Assembly (NCBI RefSeq): GCF_036321535.1
Contig: NC_087436.1
Coordinates: forward strand, 99,760,001-99,824,000
From: Camelus dromedarius
Lineage: Eukaryota
Reading direction: 5' to 3'
Length of the DNA: 64,000 nt
Below the pieces are notes generated by a model. The model was not told where the DNA came from and ran no database searches. It saw nothing but the letters and a program-made list of their open reading frames with translations. Positions 1 to 13,495 of this stretch are shown one piece after another; the stretch's first letter is position 1, and every line of letters starts with the position of its first letter. Made by a program: the position numbers and the translations under genes.

Positions 1-1239
1 TTCGGTATAATATAAACACTGAATAACAGTGGCACTTCCATTTTGAACTCTTGACAATAGCACTAATTTCAACTCTGAAATAATGTAGAGAAAACACATG
101 GGTGAAAGAGTGGAGTGCATTAGGGAAAGTCACCCTGTTCAAAACCCAGACAGCATCTTTTCTGAATAGCTTCCACTCGCAGTGAATTTCAGAAATTGGC
201 CTGACATTATTAATATGTGTTAATAAATCCCCAAGCCAGTCAACTTCCTAGAAGTCAAAGGTTTCCAAGAAAATAAGATACAGTCTTCTATAAGTTATGC
301 CGTCTCCTGATACATTTAGTTCATCCTAATTTAAAAAACATCTAAGACACAAAATGCCCATCTTGTGTGTAAATAAAATGTATCACATATTTCAGATACA
401 CATGTAGAATTGGAGTTTATCTAAAATAGTAAATTAATGGGTCAAATTAGCCATTTCAAAGAAGTATTATAAGATATGAGATTGGACCCATAAACATGCT
501 GGTGTTTCTTCCCATAGCCACTCATCCACCTACAAGGAAGACATACATTTCTTCTTGGAGGAAAATTTTCAAATTATCAGCATCAACACTGCTGCACATT
601 GGCCCACTCAATGTACATTATACCATTGAATACTTAGCAATATTAATAACTGAAATAAAAGCTAGCATACCGTTTTTTAAAATACTGTGTTTATATAACA
701 CTGTGAGAAATGACAAGACTTGTCGTTTTCACCTGAGCAACAATGACCTGCTTCATGGTAAATGGCTTAAGGTATAAATCAGGTTACATATACCATCAGT
801 TAAGTTTTTCTTATTTTTCATCTATAGTAAACTAAAAATTCCTATCAAAGAATTATAACTGTCCAGGAATAGCAGAAATTGTTTGGTTTAGGAGATGAAA
901 TATGCAAGGAAGAATTATGGATTTAGTCCTTCCTAAGGATTTAGGTTAAATCACACACTATGACCAGAGGTGTAACACATTTCAAGACTGGATGTTTGCA
1001 TGTTTCAACAAGGCAGTTTGGTGTAAAGTTCTAATATACTCTTGGATTCCTTTAGAGAATATTTTATCAGTTTTTATTTCAGAATTTGAACATAAATTTA
1101 ACAGTGCCCAGTTAATAATAGTCGCCTTTAGTTTCTTTCTGTAATGAGTAAAGAAAATAGTTAGCTGTTAAGGTATACTGAAAGTCTCAGTGGTTAAACC
1201 ATTTGAAGCATCATCAGTCTTAAAACAAATAAACTGACA

Positions 1240-2170
1240 AAAAAAGGACATCCATTTTTGCTAATATGATAAGCTAGTTATCTGCATTGCCCCTGTGCTG
1301 AAAAAACTAGTAATTCTGGATAAAATAGAAAATATTCCTGTTTAAAACCATCAGTTATCTGATAAAAATGCCAGAGACCCGAGCAGACAAGGAGTCAGAG
1401 CATGAGAGTGTTTCCCTGCAGCGATGATTTCACCAGAGGTCTTCCAGACCACTGGAACTTCAAATCAGCTGTGTAAGACATCTCAGGGAGGAGTTAAGAC
1501 CCAAGAATAGATCATCCACAGTGGGGTATGGAAGGAGCTCTTGAACACCTAAGCCAGAATCTCTCATGTTAAGTGAAAATATGAAATACATTTCTTGGGT
1601 ACTAAACGGAAAATTCATTCCTTTGTAACTTGTTGCCACTTGGAAAGTCCAATACTAATAATTGTAATAAACAAAAACATGTAAAAAGACTACTGAAAAT
1701 TTATATTCACAAAGTTCCTCTAATGCAGGTTTGTAGCCAAAATTCACAACTTCTATGAAGTCAAGAAGCCAAAAATCACAAATTGGAAATCTGACCAGGT
1801 GCCTCCAGGTGCTTGGCAGATGCAAAGGCAAAAGTTACCTTGGAGGAACTCAATTCTACTCAAGGTTGTGAAGAATTTCTAAAATAAATTTCGAGGGAAA
1901 ATTTTTTTAAAAGTTACAGTCAAAATAGATACAAATAAAAAATAAGAAGGAAACATGAGTGGAATCTGCACACAAAAAAATAGCAGAAACACACAAATGC
2001 TTTGTATTACTGCATTAGTAGATAAAGGAAATAAAGTGAACACAGGTATATGTTTAAAACTTAAAATTATGTGCAAGGACTTATAAACAATAAAAGTACT
2101 AAACAGAAAATAATAAAATGCTGAGTTAAAAAGATAATCGATGGTTTTTACTGAAAATTATACAATTAAG
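1240..2170 (+). mobile_element. Old L1M 5' region (5'UTR/ORF1) fragment
   Basis: A-rich + strand with 'AATTCTGGATAAAATAGAAAATATTC' resembling old L1M 5' ends; highly diverged. Confidence 0.5.
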
Positions 2171-5100
2171 TAAGCAAGAATTAATGAAACTCGGTAGTAT
2201 AGTAGAATCCTTTGGGCCTGAGAGAAATCAGAATTGTGGAGGAGTCTTCAAAGTTAGAACAAATATACAAAAAAATCCACAAAGTTATACCTTTTTATCT
2301 CATCTTTGCCTTGATACACAGTTAAATTTAGAGTAAAAATGCATATTATTGTAGTCCCTGCTCATTTCTTCTCATTGGTTGTTGAAAAATTACACAATGT
2401 AGTTCATTCATTTTAAAAAATTACTTCAATGCGGAATCAAAATTGCATAGTTATTTTCAGTCTCCACTGTTTTCTTTCAGGGGATTGAAGATAAATTGGT
2501 ATGTAGATATTGTTTACCTTTTCTGGTTATCATGAAAATTCACAAAATAAATTTTAGTTAAGAAAAAAAATCCTCTGAGTATGTATTACATATAGGCTAA
2601 GTATTGATTTGTATACTAATTCATCTATCCTTGTTGTAAAAAGGGTATCTATTGTCATACACAAAGACGATGCTACTGTTTTTCAACATTAAAGGTCATT
2701 GGTATGTATTTTTTTAATAAGATAAATTTCCTATATTGCTTCTGCTTTCCTTACGCGCATATTGGTAGCAACATTGTGACTCGAGTTACAGGAATCCCAG
2801 TAACAAGATAAAGTATCCTTGTTTTCCCACACAAATTGCAACTCTTAATTATGTCTTTGTCATTTGAGCTTTTTTATCTTTATGGACAATTTATAAATTT
2901 CACAAAGCACTTGTTCCAGAACATCTGTATTGGTTTTTCATAGTGTTTATTGTGTTCCTGTTGAAAACAATATGATTCGATCAATAACTAAATAACACCA
3001 TTTGATGATACTTCATAATGGAAAAGAAACTAAGAGTCATCACGTCACTGGTTCAGTTGTTAGATATACATTATCATACTCTTACCCCAAATGCTGATGT
3101 ATCTTCAGTTATGTGCAATCACATACTAATTTTGCAATGTATTCTTTCTATTGACTTCTATTATGAATTGGACTATTTTAAACAATTTTTAGTTATTCAA
3201 ACTTATGCCTTTCATATTGTTTCTATAATGTGAAACTTGTTTAACTTTTCCTCAATACCTTTTGCTACAACTTATTTCGGTCTATCTTAAGGTCTTTATG
3301 AGACTGCGTGATTCAAATATATATTTTTTCTGTGAGTACTATTGTACACCCTCAACAAAATCATGGGAAAATGGCGTATTTTCTTGTATTCAAGTGTATT
3401 TCCTATCATAATGATGCTCTGCCAAGTAATTTTTCTCTTTACATTTGCTCAAAGATCAGACTTTCAAGTATAAAGTCTTTATTAACTATAAATACTAGTT
3501 CTAGCATCCTATTCATGTTTTCTGCTGAAAAAAAAATTCATGAAGTTCTGGAAGTGTGCTTCTCTTTTAATTTTTTTTTTTTTTCTGCAGCAATGTAGTG
3601 GGGGCAGCCTTTAAAAACAACCTTCACTTTTCTAAGGAGAGAATAACTTCTAATCTGAGCTATACCTGAAAAAATGTACTGCACCTATTCCCGCATACTA
3701 CTTCATTTTTTAAAACTCATTTATATGTATATTGCACATGGGCCTTAGCATTTATAAAATTTTTCTGAGTTTACAATGGTCTTGAAGAGAAGGGACTTGA
3801 AAAGTGATCAAATTTCTCAGTTCATGGAACGTTAAAAGACACACACGTGCACACACACCTATTGTTTGCATTTTAACCACTGATCCTTCTCCTATATGAA
3901 GTATGTTGGTAAGCTCTCTGAATTATTCTGGATATTATCAAGAGGTCAGGATTATTTTCCCTAGTTTGTGCTTCTCTGAAAACAGCCAGCTTTATTCATG
4001 GCTCCAGCAGAATAAATTTCTTAGCTTCTTTAGTTCTCGTCGTCATTGACTGACTACACATTTATATGTCTCACCTTCAGACCCATGCAGAAGCCATCTT
4101 TCAATCTCATTATCAAAATTCCAGATTCTCAAGAGACAATAATTAGTCTTGTAAAACTCGTTCAGATGTTTATCTCCTATTTGTGCATTCATTGAAAGGA
4201 TATCAGTATCCTCTCAATAAAAATTCCTGAGATCTGCTACCATGGTTATTGGCAGGGGAGTTGATTTCCCATGAAAAAGGTGTGAATTTTAAGTTTGGTT
4301 AGAATCAAAATGTTATTCATTTATTTATTTTAAATATAATTAAGGAATTTCTGGCATAAGGCATGTGGCTTTGTATTGTGGGCAGCTAGAGGAACTGGTG
4401 AATGTTGACAAAGTTTGTGTTCTAATTTAAAATTGGACTGAATTTTCCTTTAATTTAACTCTTTTTAAAAATAAATCACTGAAAAATAGATAATTATCTT
4501 AAATTGTTTTTTATGCTAGTTCAATTAATTGGAAAAAAATGTATAGAATGAAATGGCCGAATATCAAGGAATTAAGCAGAAACCTGTTCAAATAGTTTGG
4601 TCTTCTAAGCGTTAAATGAATGAATGTGGTCAAAACAGACGATGAATTAGTACACTCTAAGATGGTACCGTCTTTGTCAGTTCCCAGCATTGTACTCATA
4701 AAGTGAGTAAAACTTTAAAATCCTACTTTGCGATACAATACTGTATTTTGTCATATTACATTTGGGTGAGTTTAGGTAGGATGGTTGTTTGACAATATGA
4801 TGAGGATTAGGTATTTGAGATTTATGTAACTGAGGAAGATTACTTTTTTTTTTAATACCACCTCACTAGGAAAAGAAACTATTGAGAAACCAGTCTTGGG
4901 AAAATGATAATCAATGTCATGGAAAATAAATAGGTGGAAAACAGCTTGATAGTAAAAGCTTTAAGTGATTCCTCAGCTCAGCCCTCAGTGGGATACTTTG
5001 CTCATTCAATGACTAGATGAACTCTTCTGATCTGCACCACTTAATGCAATTTGAATTAGAAAATGCTTTGATTAGGCAAGAAACAAGATGTAAGGGATGA

Positions 5101-5621
5101 GAAGCCATCCTTGCTCCTGCCTGCAAAGCCTGAACATATATGAACATTAAGAGGGTAAATTGACTGCTTTTTAGACTTAGGAAAAATTTTAAGAGTGAAT
5201 AACTTGCAGAATCTCTGGTAATGTCTATCTCATTAGGAATAACATTTTGAATCATCGTATCTTTCTAGAAGATTTTAAATAAGCCCAGACTGGTGTTTTT
5301 TTGTGTGTTTGTTTTTGATACATTTCAGCACTCTGTATTGTTGTCACTACAGATATAAAGGGATTTCTAACCAAGCATTTAGTGGTACTTATAGGTGATA
5401 TAGCTTAATGCCCTGAGACAGAAGTTATACTTGGTTATCCTATGGGAACTCATAAAGTAAATTTGACTTACTATACACTATTGCATAATAAACTTGCACT
5501 ATTGACTTATACAAATTTAAAATTATTGTAACTTCTTGGTGAATTAAATCATTCATCCATTCTCTCATAAATCCAACCAATATTTATTAAGCAGTTAGCA
5601 CTTACTAAATTCCCCTTATAG

Positions 5622-5639
5622 CTGTACTTGGAAGTCCTG
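5622..5639 (+). CDS. Candidate 18-nt microexon (phase 1-1 reading xVLGSP)
   Basis: Branch-like CTTACTAAA, then TTCCCCTTATAG | CTGTACTTGGAAGTCCTG | GTAAGA; length divisible by 3; terminal G completes a GAC codon with the candidate exon at 19609. Confidence 0.3.
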
Positions 5640-6106
5640 GTAAGAATCTGCCTTCTTACATGACTTCCACTGTGATACTGCAGTTGAGAAAATAACATTT
5701 CTATCTGTTTTCTAGTACTTTCCTTATCATTCATTATTATTATAGAGATCAAAATTAGTTACTTGACTGCATCCATAGTTTTGCTGCTAGCTTATTAAAA
5801 AGGTGTAATTACAAAAACAGTGAAGAAAAGAAGCCAGGACAAAGGCAAGAATATATGATATGGAAAAGTAGAGAATAATTACAGATGAAGCCCAGAAATG
5901 AGGAAAAAAGCAGAAAATGAAGAAAAGTATCTTGTTTCTTTCCTTAAGTGTATGGAGAATTATGAATAGTAATTAAAACCACCCAAAATTTTCTTGCTAA
6001 AAAATTATACTGTATTAATAAAATGTTTTCTTTCACATTCAATGTTGTATGTAAATTCCCCAGAAATTTTATTATAATGCAGAATAGGGACTCTAATATA
6101 AGGGCT

Positions 6107-6572
6107 TGTGAAATAAAATTCATATTTTATAGTGAGACAAAAAAATTTAAACAGAAAAAATCTTTTTCTGCCCTTTGGCCTCCCCTCTCCCCTACTGTGC
6201 ATTGTGTATCTGCATTGCGCATCGACCAGCCTTCCCCATCAGTGCCAATACCTGCCCAACCATAAAGAGCCACGTTCTCCTGGCATCAACAAAACGATTT
6301 AAAAGATAACATTCCTTTTTGATCTTCTAAGGGGGCACAAGATCCACTGTGATGATGACCCTTAGATCTGGATTATGTAAAATGTTAAAATAACATGTTG
6401 TTTGATGTATAGCCCTCTGTCTCAAAAAACATATAACTGTGCCTTGTCTTCTAATAGACAGAACAATTCTCAGAGCTTTCTGAGATGTTCTTTCTGGGTT
6501 ATAATCCTAAAATTTTACTTGAATAAATTTTCCCATTTCTTCTTAGATTGTCTGATTAATTTTTCATCAACA
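6107..6572 (+). mobile_element. Solo LTR, ERV1-like
   Basis: Starts TG, ends CA; flanked by identical 4-bp TSD GGCT (6103-6106, 6573-6576); TATA-like CATATAA near 6430 and AATAAA near 6522. Confidence 0.85.
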
Positions 6573-6599
6573 GGCTCATAGTTCTTGGTCTAGTATGCC

Positions 6600-7340
6600 T
6601 TCTCATCTTTAAAATTATGATAAATGCCAAATATAGAGAAAAGTTTAGGAAATAATATAATGAAAACTTACCCACCATTCAGCTTAGTTATACCTATCTT
6701 GTCATAATTCCTTTGGATTATTTTTATAGGAGTAAAATACTATAGATACTATTCAAAATATGTGTATCCCTCTCCATCCCAATTATTTCTCTCTCACTGG
6801 AGGTGGTTACCCTCTAGAGTGATGTATTTATTATTTTTCTATGCTTTGTCTGCCTAATTTTTTTGCCATTATAATAATGTTGCAATGAATATGACAGCCC
6901 TTGTCTCCTTGGGCATATGATTGGAGATGTCCTTCAGAAATTTACCTACAATTTGAATTGCTAGGTAAGAAATGTGTAACTTTAATTTTACTAGATTTTT
7001 CCAGATTGCTTGCACTTCTAAATTATTATTCAATGAATATGTGTTAAACACTTACGACATGCTAGGCACTTGCCATTGTTCCAAGAATATAGCTGCAAAC
7101 AACAAAAAATATTGCTCTCAACTTCATCAAAATTTCATTGATTGAACTGATTTACACTCACTAAGTAATGTATCAAAGTTTTTTTGTTTTAATCTAATAC
7201 TGGGCATTGTCAGATTTTAATATTTATTTTTTAAACTGATGAGCGTGAAGTGGTATGTCATTATTTTAATTTACATTAACAGATTGCTGTAAGACTGAGA
7301 ATTTTAATAAAGTCATTGGCAGCATGTTTCTTTTTATAAA
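6600..7340 (-). mobile_element. Old L1ME-like 3' fragments with an embedded L2 piece (~7020-7120)
   Basis: Diverged antisense L1 3' motifs ('GTGAAGTGGTATGTCATTATTTTAATTTACATT', 'GAATTGCTAGGT'). Confidence 0.6.
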
Positions 7341-7399
7341 TTGTTAACAACTATTAATGACACATAAATGAGTTATTTAATACACAAAAAAGTAAATTG

Positions 7400-7960
7400 A
7401 GGAAAAAAGGAGTTTGAAACCAAACCTTGAGGTCCTCCAGTACTTAAAAGTCAAAAGAGGTGGAGATAGCAAAGAGAATTAACAGGAAATATGCCATAAG
7501 GAAGGAGAAAATTTGGAAGAGTATGGCATCTTCGAAGTCTAGAAATGTGAGTTTTCTAGAAAGAAAGGATTGATAACTATTACAAATATTGCTGAGAGGT
7601 TGAGGAAGATGGGACCATGGTATGTTCACCGGATTACACATCTAAGGGAACACCAAGTATCATTGTTCCTACTTCCTTAAATATGTTTATTACTGTTTTT
7701 AGATTTCTCACTCCTTCTTAACATGGCTTTTAAAAATAATTTTCTAAGTGTTATCATTTCTTTTGCCTGCATTCAAATGTTTCTCAGTACACACAGCATA
7801 AAAGACACATTCCTTAGGTGGTATATAGGAATCACTCTGGCTTACTCCCTGCATATCTATCACCTTTTAGATTCTTTAGGCTCTAACTCTACTAAACTAC
7901 TTTGAATTCTTGTTATATGTCACACTGTTTGCCAGTATTCAAGCTCCTTTACCTGTGATG
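7400..7960. mobile_element. L2 fragments (both orientations)
   Basis: L2-like motifs such as 'AAATATTGCTGAGAGGTTGAGGAAGATG'. Confidence 0.55.
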
Positions 7961-8420
7961 TTCCTTACTCGGAGAAACTTTTCCAACAAGGTTTTCAAGA
8001 TTATGAATTCCTCTGAGGAACCTGCAGAAATACCTGGAAGTCATTAGCCACTTCTGGCTGTGGATCTGAGCTTGCCAAGTTTACTAACAGTTATTCCTTC
8101 TTCTTAACTTCATACTTAACTGTATTCCAGGTGTTCTGGAAAGCAGGCATGCATACTGCTACTACATTAATTTTACTGTCATGAGGAGTGGTGTTGAAGA
8201 AGTAGTTCTTAGCAAGAGCGAGTAACTAGCTCCGTGTCACTCTGATAAGAAGACTTGGATTCAAATCCAGATCTCTGTGTCCATATAACCCTTGTCAATG
8301 ATGACTGGATGTGTAGATATAAAGATGTGTTACTTGCTGTTCCTCCATAGCTAAATCCCACTGGCTAGGTGTGAAATCAGGCCCTTTGTTTTTCTTCTTT
8401 TAAATTTGTTTTAAAAATGC

Positions 8421-8512
8421 ATTTATTTATTTATTTTTGGTGGAGGTACTGGGGATTGAACCCAGGACCTTGTGCTTGCTAAGTATGTGCTCCACCACTG
8501 AGCTACTACCAC
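8421..8512 (-). mobile_element. tRNA-derived SINE, camelid Vic-1-like
   Basis: Reverse complement reads GGTAGTAGCTCAGTGGTGGAGCACATACTTAGCAAGCACAAGGTCCTGGGTTCAATCCCCAGTACCTCC plus A-rich tail; Pol III A box (TAGCTCAGTGG) and B box (GGTTCAATCC). Confidence 0.9.
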
Positions 8513-11114
8513 CAACCCCCCACCCAGGACATTTTTTTAAATTAAAAATTTTGCCACTAAAACTCAGGGGAAAAAAATGGTCCTTTGTGCATGAATCACT
8601 TTGTGTTGCTGAAGTGTTTCATAGATCAGCTATATCCATGATCTATTTAGGGCAGGACTCCTTTTTTCCCCAACATGAGCCACAAACTCATGCAGTTGGT
8701 AATAGACGAAAAAACGTATTAACAGACAGATTGGTGACTGTTGGGCTTAAGTTTAGGAAATATTATGACTTTGGAAAATTACTAGATCATTAATAAACAC
8801 AAATAAACACACATACAGACACACACAGAGGGAAACATACACACAAAGAAGTCTAAGCTCCACAGCCAGGCATTTATCTTTCACTTACTACTTCTGTAGT
8901 AGTTTGCTTACTAGACACACATTTGGGAGTTTCGACCACTTTAATACATCTCTTCCACAGGGCAGCCAGCTTAAACATTGTTTTCAAGTTGCCGTTTCTT
9001 TCTCCCTAATAATTCTTCATTGTGGGTGAAATAAAGTCTAAACTCTTTAATGTGGATTAATGACCCGTCAAAACTATGCTTGAGCCTTGTCTTACAACTC
9101 TCACTGCTTCCATACTAAAGAAACACTGACTTGTTAACTCTCTTTAAAAAAATAGCCCAAACTTTTCCACCTGTTTGGCTTCACTGAGACAACTGTCACC
9201 CCTTGGAAGAAAATAAATATTACCATTTATTTTCTTCCAAACTACACCTTCGCAGGTAGGTTTAAACCTTTCTCTTCTCTAAATTGTTTCTTCTTAATCC
9301 TTGACCACGATGATGCTTCCCTCACATAAACTTGTATATGTATTGATTGATTAGTGTTAAAACAAATTATTAAGTGAACTAGCATAAGTCTATTCTTTTC
9401 ATAACTGCTATGAATTCTTATCATAACTGCTAAGAGAAGAGATAGAAAAACAAAAGATAAAGATGTAAGATGTTAGTAAGTATCGTCTCCTACTTAAAAA
9501 TATTTTTAGATGCAAAATGTAGAAATATCAAGAATTTGAGATGCAATGGGAAGTTAATTATATCCCATTTTTCAAATAAACATCATAAAATAATTCAGCT
9601 TAGTACCATATCTTGAAGATAAATGAACACTGGTTTTCTTTGGGATTTGCTAGCATGTAGGTAAAAAAAAAAACACATCATATTTTATATCCAACTTCTG
9701 CTGACTCTGCTCCCAACATTAGTTCAGAATGGCAGTGCTTCTGCATGTATCCTTCATGGAGCTGGTGATAAACACCTCATGCTTTCCCTCTTGTTGTCCT
9801 TTTTGTGCATCTTTTTTCATTTAAATCAAATCAGATTATAGATACGGATATATGTATGTATATAGCAATAGATATCTGATTTGGTGGGTCCGTGAATCTA
9901 GGCACATCTAAATGTCAGCTGAGGCTCAGTTAGAAACATCACACAAAAACAACACTGCAGTGTTAACACTGTGAGTTTCTCAAAATGTTTCCTTCTTCCC
10001 CTACTTTTCCTCTGCCTTCTCTCTCTCTTCTCTTTTTCATCCTTTTCCTCCCCTCCTCTTATTTCTCCTCTTCCTATTTCTCCTCCTACTCCCATACTTC
10101 TTTTTTTAAAGTGTATAATTTCTTCATTTAAAAATTATGTCATGCTACCAAGTTTTATCCTGCATTTTAAGCTCACTGAGAAGTGCTGGTGGTGCAGTTA
10201 TGATTATGGGCCATTCATCAAGTCACAAGGGTCAGGACTGTGTTTGGTCCATGATTGAAAATAACAGACACTAGTAAGAAATCATTAAACCTAGCAAACT
10301 AGTCTAGGATCTAATCCTTTCCAAATAATGACAGAAATGGCCACATGAGTTTTAACATGCTAATTAAAATATTAGCACCATTTTTTGTTTAGAAACAAAA
10401 AAAAATATCATAAGAAGACTAGATCCTAGACTGTTTGAATAATTTACAGACAGCCCATGTGAGTTTTTTTAAGGTCATCTCCATATTCCAAAGGCATTCA
10501 GCCTCTTAATACCAGATACTTCAAAGAAATAAAGGGAGAAATGCCTTTTGATGTTCTGGACAAAGAAGAAAATGGCAATATGCAATTACTTTTCCCTGGT
10601 CCCAAAGCCAGAGGGTTTTTTTATTGTCTGGACATTTGTTAATCCCAAGAGTTCTCCCAATGAACATTACAAATACTAATCTCCATCTCAGAGACTGGCT
10701 CTTGGGAATATAAACTTAAGCAAATTCCTTTTTAGTTGTTTGGCTTTCTTTTTTTCCCCTTGTGGTATTACTTTTTTAAAATACAAGATATTGTATCTTC
10801 TCTCACACACACACATCTCTGTAGGCATCTATGATACTATGCTCACTTTTTCTTTGTTGTTTGTTCATAGTGATATTATCACTAACATAATTACCAAAAA
10901 ATCTTTGTTATAACTTAACAGAACTCTATAATCAGATTTTAGCAACTATTTCCAAAAAAATTTTTAATTTTAGCTTGCTTATATGGTCTTGATAGTCAGT
11001 TGGTCTAGGGTCTTGTTTAGAAAATGTTTACGTTCTGATCTACCTTTACATAATGTAACAAAGTTACTTTGCTTTTTAGGAACTCAAAAATATTGTTTAA
11101 ATTAATGAAACAAG

Positions 11115-11420
11115 GAAGCTATTAGGGTGAGGTGGCTCTAATGCCCTGGTGACCTACGTATGCAAAGCAAAATCTAAACCTATAGATGCTTCAAGGTCAC
11201 AAAATTGCAAACCAGTCATGAACAGCCAGCCAGGCTGTCAGCCAATCCAGTCAGCAACTTCCATACTTTGCTTTCATCTGTTCTCTGTAAAAGCCACTCC
11301 CCAAGCTCCTGCGCTAGACTGAACAATGACTATATGTTGCAAAAGGAAGTTCATCCCAAATATTTGAATTTAAATGTCAATATATTTAAAGGCTTACTGA
11401 ATACAATGGCAGCTATATTT
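11115..11420 (+). mobile_element. Degenerate ERV LTR fragment
   Basis: GC-richer island with CCAAT-like and TATA-like ('TCTGTAAAAGCC') motifs typical of ERV1 LTR U3. Confidence 0.45.
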
Positions 11421-12964
11421 AATAGTAAGTTATAAACTAACAGACGTAAGACATGAGTGTAAGTTCAGCAGAGTGGTAACCTGAGAAATTTCTGAGGTCC
11501 CAGACCCTTAAAACAGATTTCTCAAATACTGTTTATGGTTATTTATCTGAAATATGTGACTGATTTAGCTCATTTTCCTTGTATTTGTTGACAGCATTTA
11601 GCTTTGGATTTTTTAGTGGACTTCCTTTCTTATGGTTGGATTTGTACTTTCAATACTTCAGTGACATTATTTGACCATGATAATCCTTTACATTATAAGT
11701 GAACTCAAATTAATATATTTTCCACCATCTTTTAAATTCTTGGTCAAGGCTATAATCTCCAGGAAAGATACACATCTGGAAACATGTATAGCAATGCAGA
11801 TAATTGGAGAATTTTGAGGGAAAAGTAACCTATAAAAACACATTTGCATAAGTAAATAGTGCTTTTATTTTGTAAGTAAAGGAATTTTAAAACTTTAATA
11901 TATTTTAATGATCATGAAAACACATCTATAATTTTAATATTAACATGATTTCAATTGCTGCTTAGCAGTTGTGAAAGTACTTCTGGAAGTAAATTTATTT
12001 AGAATGTAAAGTTAAAGAATAGATATTAAAAATACTGAAAATTGATTAAATATTAATCCAAAAATTAGATTTGACACTGTGAGGACATTTCATTAACAAA
12101 TGAATCTTTCAATTATGCTTATTATTCAATAGCCTTAAATTGGAGGAGATAATACCAGATTATGGAATTAAAACTAAAATGCTTCAACAATGACAGTGTA
12201 ACATTCAAAAGGTCATTACATAAATCTAAATACGTATCACAAAATTATGTTAAAATTTCAGGAATTATGATTGCCTCACAAAAGCATTAATATAGCCATA
12301 AAACATATGATTTAATCCAAAGTAAATGTTTCAAATGATAAAATTAAAATAAAAGCTGGAAACCATGTGGAAAGTAATTCATTCTGATTATAATACATTA
12401 TAAAGCCTTGTGAGATAAAGTTGATAATCTGGATTATCAACATACCTTTCTACAATATGCAAATAAATCATGCTTAGAAAATTTTATAATACCATTTATC
12501 ATCCCATTAGTAAATCAAAGTATAAAGTAAAATGTTGTAAAGAAATGGCCTATAAATTTTAATAGGGTTTTATCGTTTTTTTAACCAATGATACTTACAG
12601 GCACCAAAAATGAATGCAGAATTTTAAAAACCAACATTAGAGTCAGGCATATATGTTGATTTAATAGGAGTAGCAATTAGTTTTTATTTGAAAGAAATAA
12701 AAATAGATATAATGTTTACAGACAATTGATTACCCACTTCCCATAATTTTATTTTTGAAACAAAAAATAAATGACCCAACACTTATATTCTAAAAAATAA
12801 AAAAGGACATTTTAAAAACATAAGTTGCTAAAAATTTTCTTTAGCTGCCACTTGTTTCTTGGTTTCTGTTTGAGAAGGAATGGAATGAGGTCACCATCAG
12901 TCCATACAAAGGAGTGGGAGTTTAAGGTTGCAGTAACTACATACACTTTTACAATTCTGCGTAA

Positions 12965-13325
12965 GGGATCTGTTTTTTCACCATTTATTTATTTATGTAT
13001 TCAATCTTTTTAATATTAATATAACCTCATGAATATTTATTTTATATTTTGAGACATAATTCAATGCCACTTTATTTTGTTGCTCAAATTGTACCAGTTT
13101 TGCTCACTGGGTGCTCTTTAGTTCACTTCTGAGTTCCTTTGACATTTGACATATTCCCATCATTGTGTGTGTGTGTATGTGTGTGTGTGTAGGTTTAGTA
13201 CTTTACTGTTCGGCACAACAGAATGTTCTAGGCTCATCTTACATATTTTCTGTCGAGTCCCAAGATCAGTCATTTCTCCAGAAGCCTCTAGTTCCTTTAA
13301 TGGAGAATGGTATTAGGCCAAGATT
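12965..13325 (-). mobile_element. L1MC/MD-like 3' end fragment
   Basis: 'TTGCTCAAATTGTACCAG', 'CATTTCTCCAGAAGCCTCTAGTTCCTTTAATGGAGAATGGTATTAG' are typical of L1MC/MD 3' UTRs. Confidence 0.7.
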
Positions 13326-13359
13326 TGCTTCTGCTTGTTTGTGTGAATGAAGATTCGCA

Positions 13360-13495
13360 GAGCACAGCCAGCTCTTTTATTTATGTAATGGCTATGGTTG
13401 TTGTCATGCTTGTTTGCACTGAGACCTTATAACCCACAAACCCCCAAATATTTACCTTCTGACTCTTTACAGAAAAAATTTGCTGACCCGGCTGT
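13360..13495 (+). mobile_element. MER58-like hAT-Charlie non-autonomous DNA transposon (3' half)
   Basis: 'AAATATTTACCTTCTGACTCTTTACAGAAAAAATTTGCTGACCC' resembles the MER58A 3' end and TIR. Confidence 0.8.

Noticed and set aside
4547..4708. Exon ending at AAA|GTGAGT (4703)
   Set aside because: The longer version hits stops in the frames I examined; the short version (22 nt) is not frame-preserving; no further support
8437..8512. Functional tRNA gene
   Set aside because: A/B boxes present but followed by an A-rich tail with SINE-type ends; it is a tRNA-derived SINE
12420..12441. Palindrome GTTGATAATC-TG-GATTATCAAC
   Set aside because: A 10-bp arm in AT-rich 64 kb is near chance expectation
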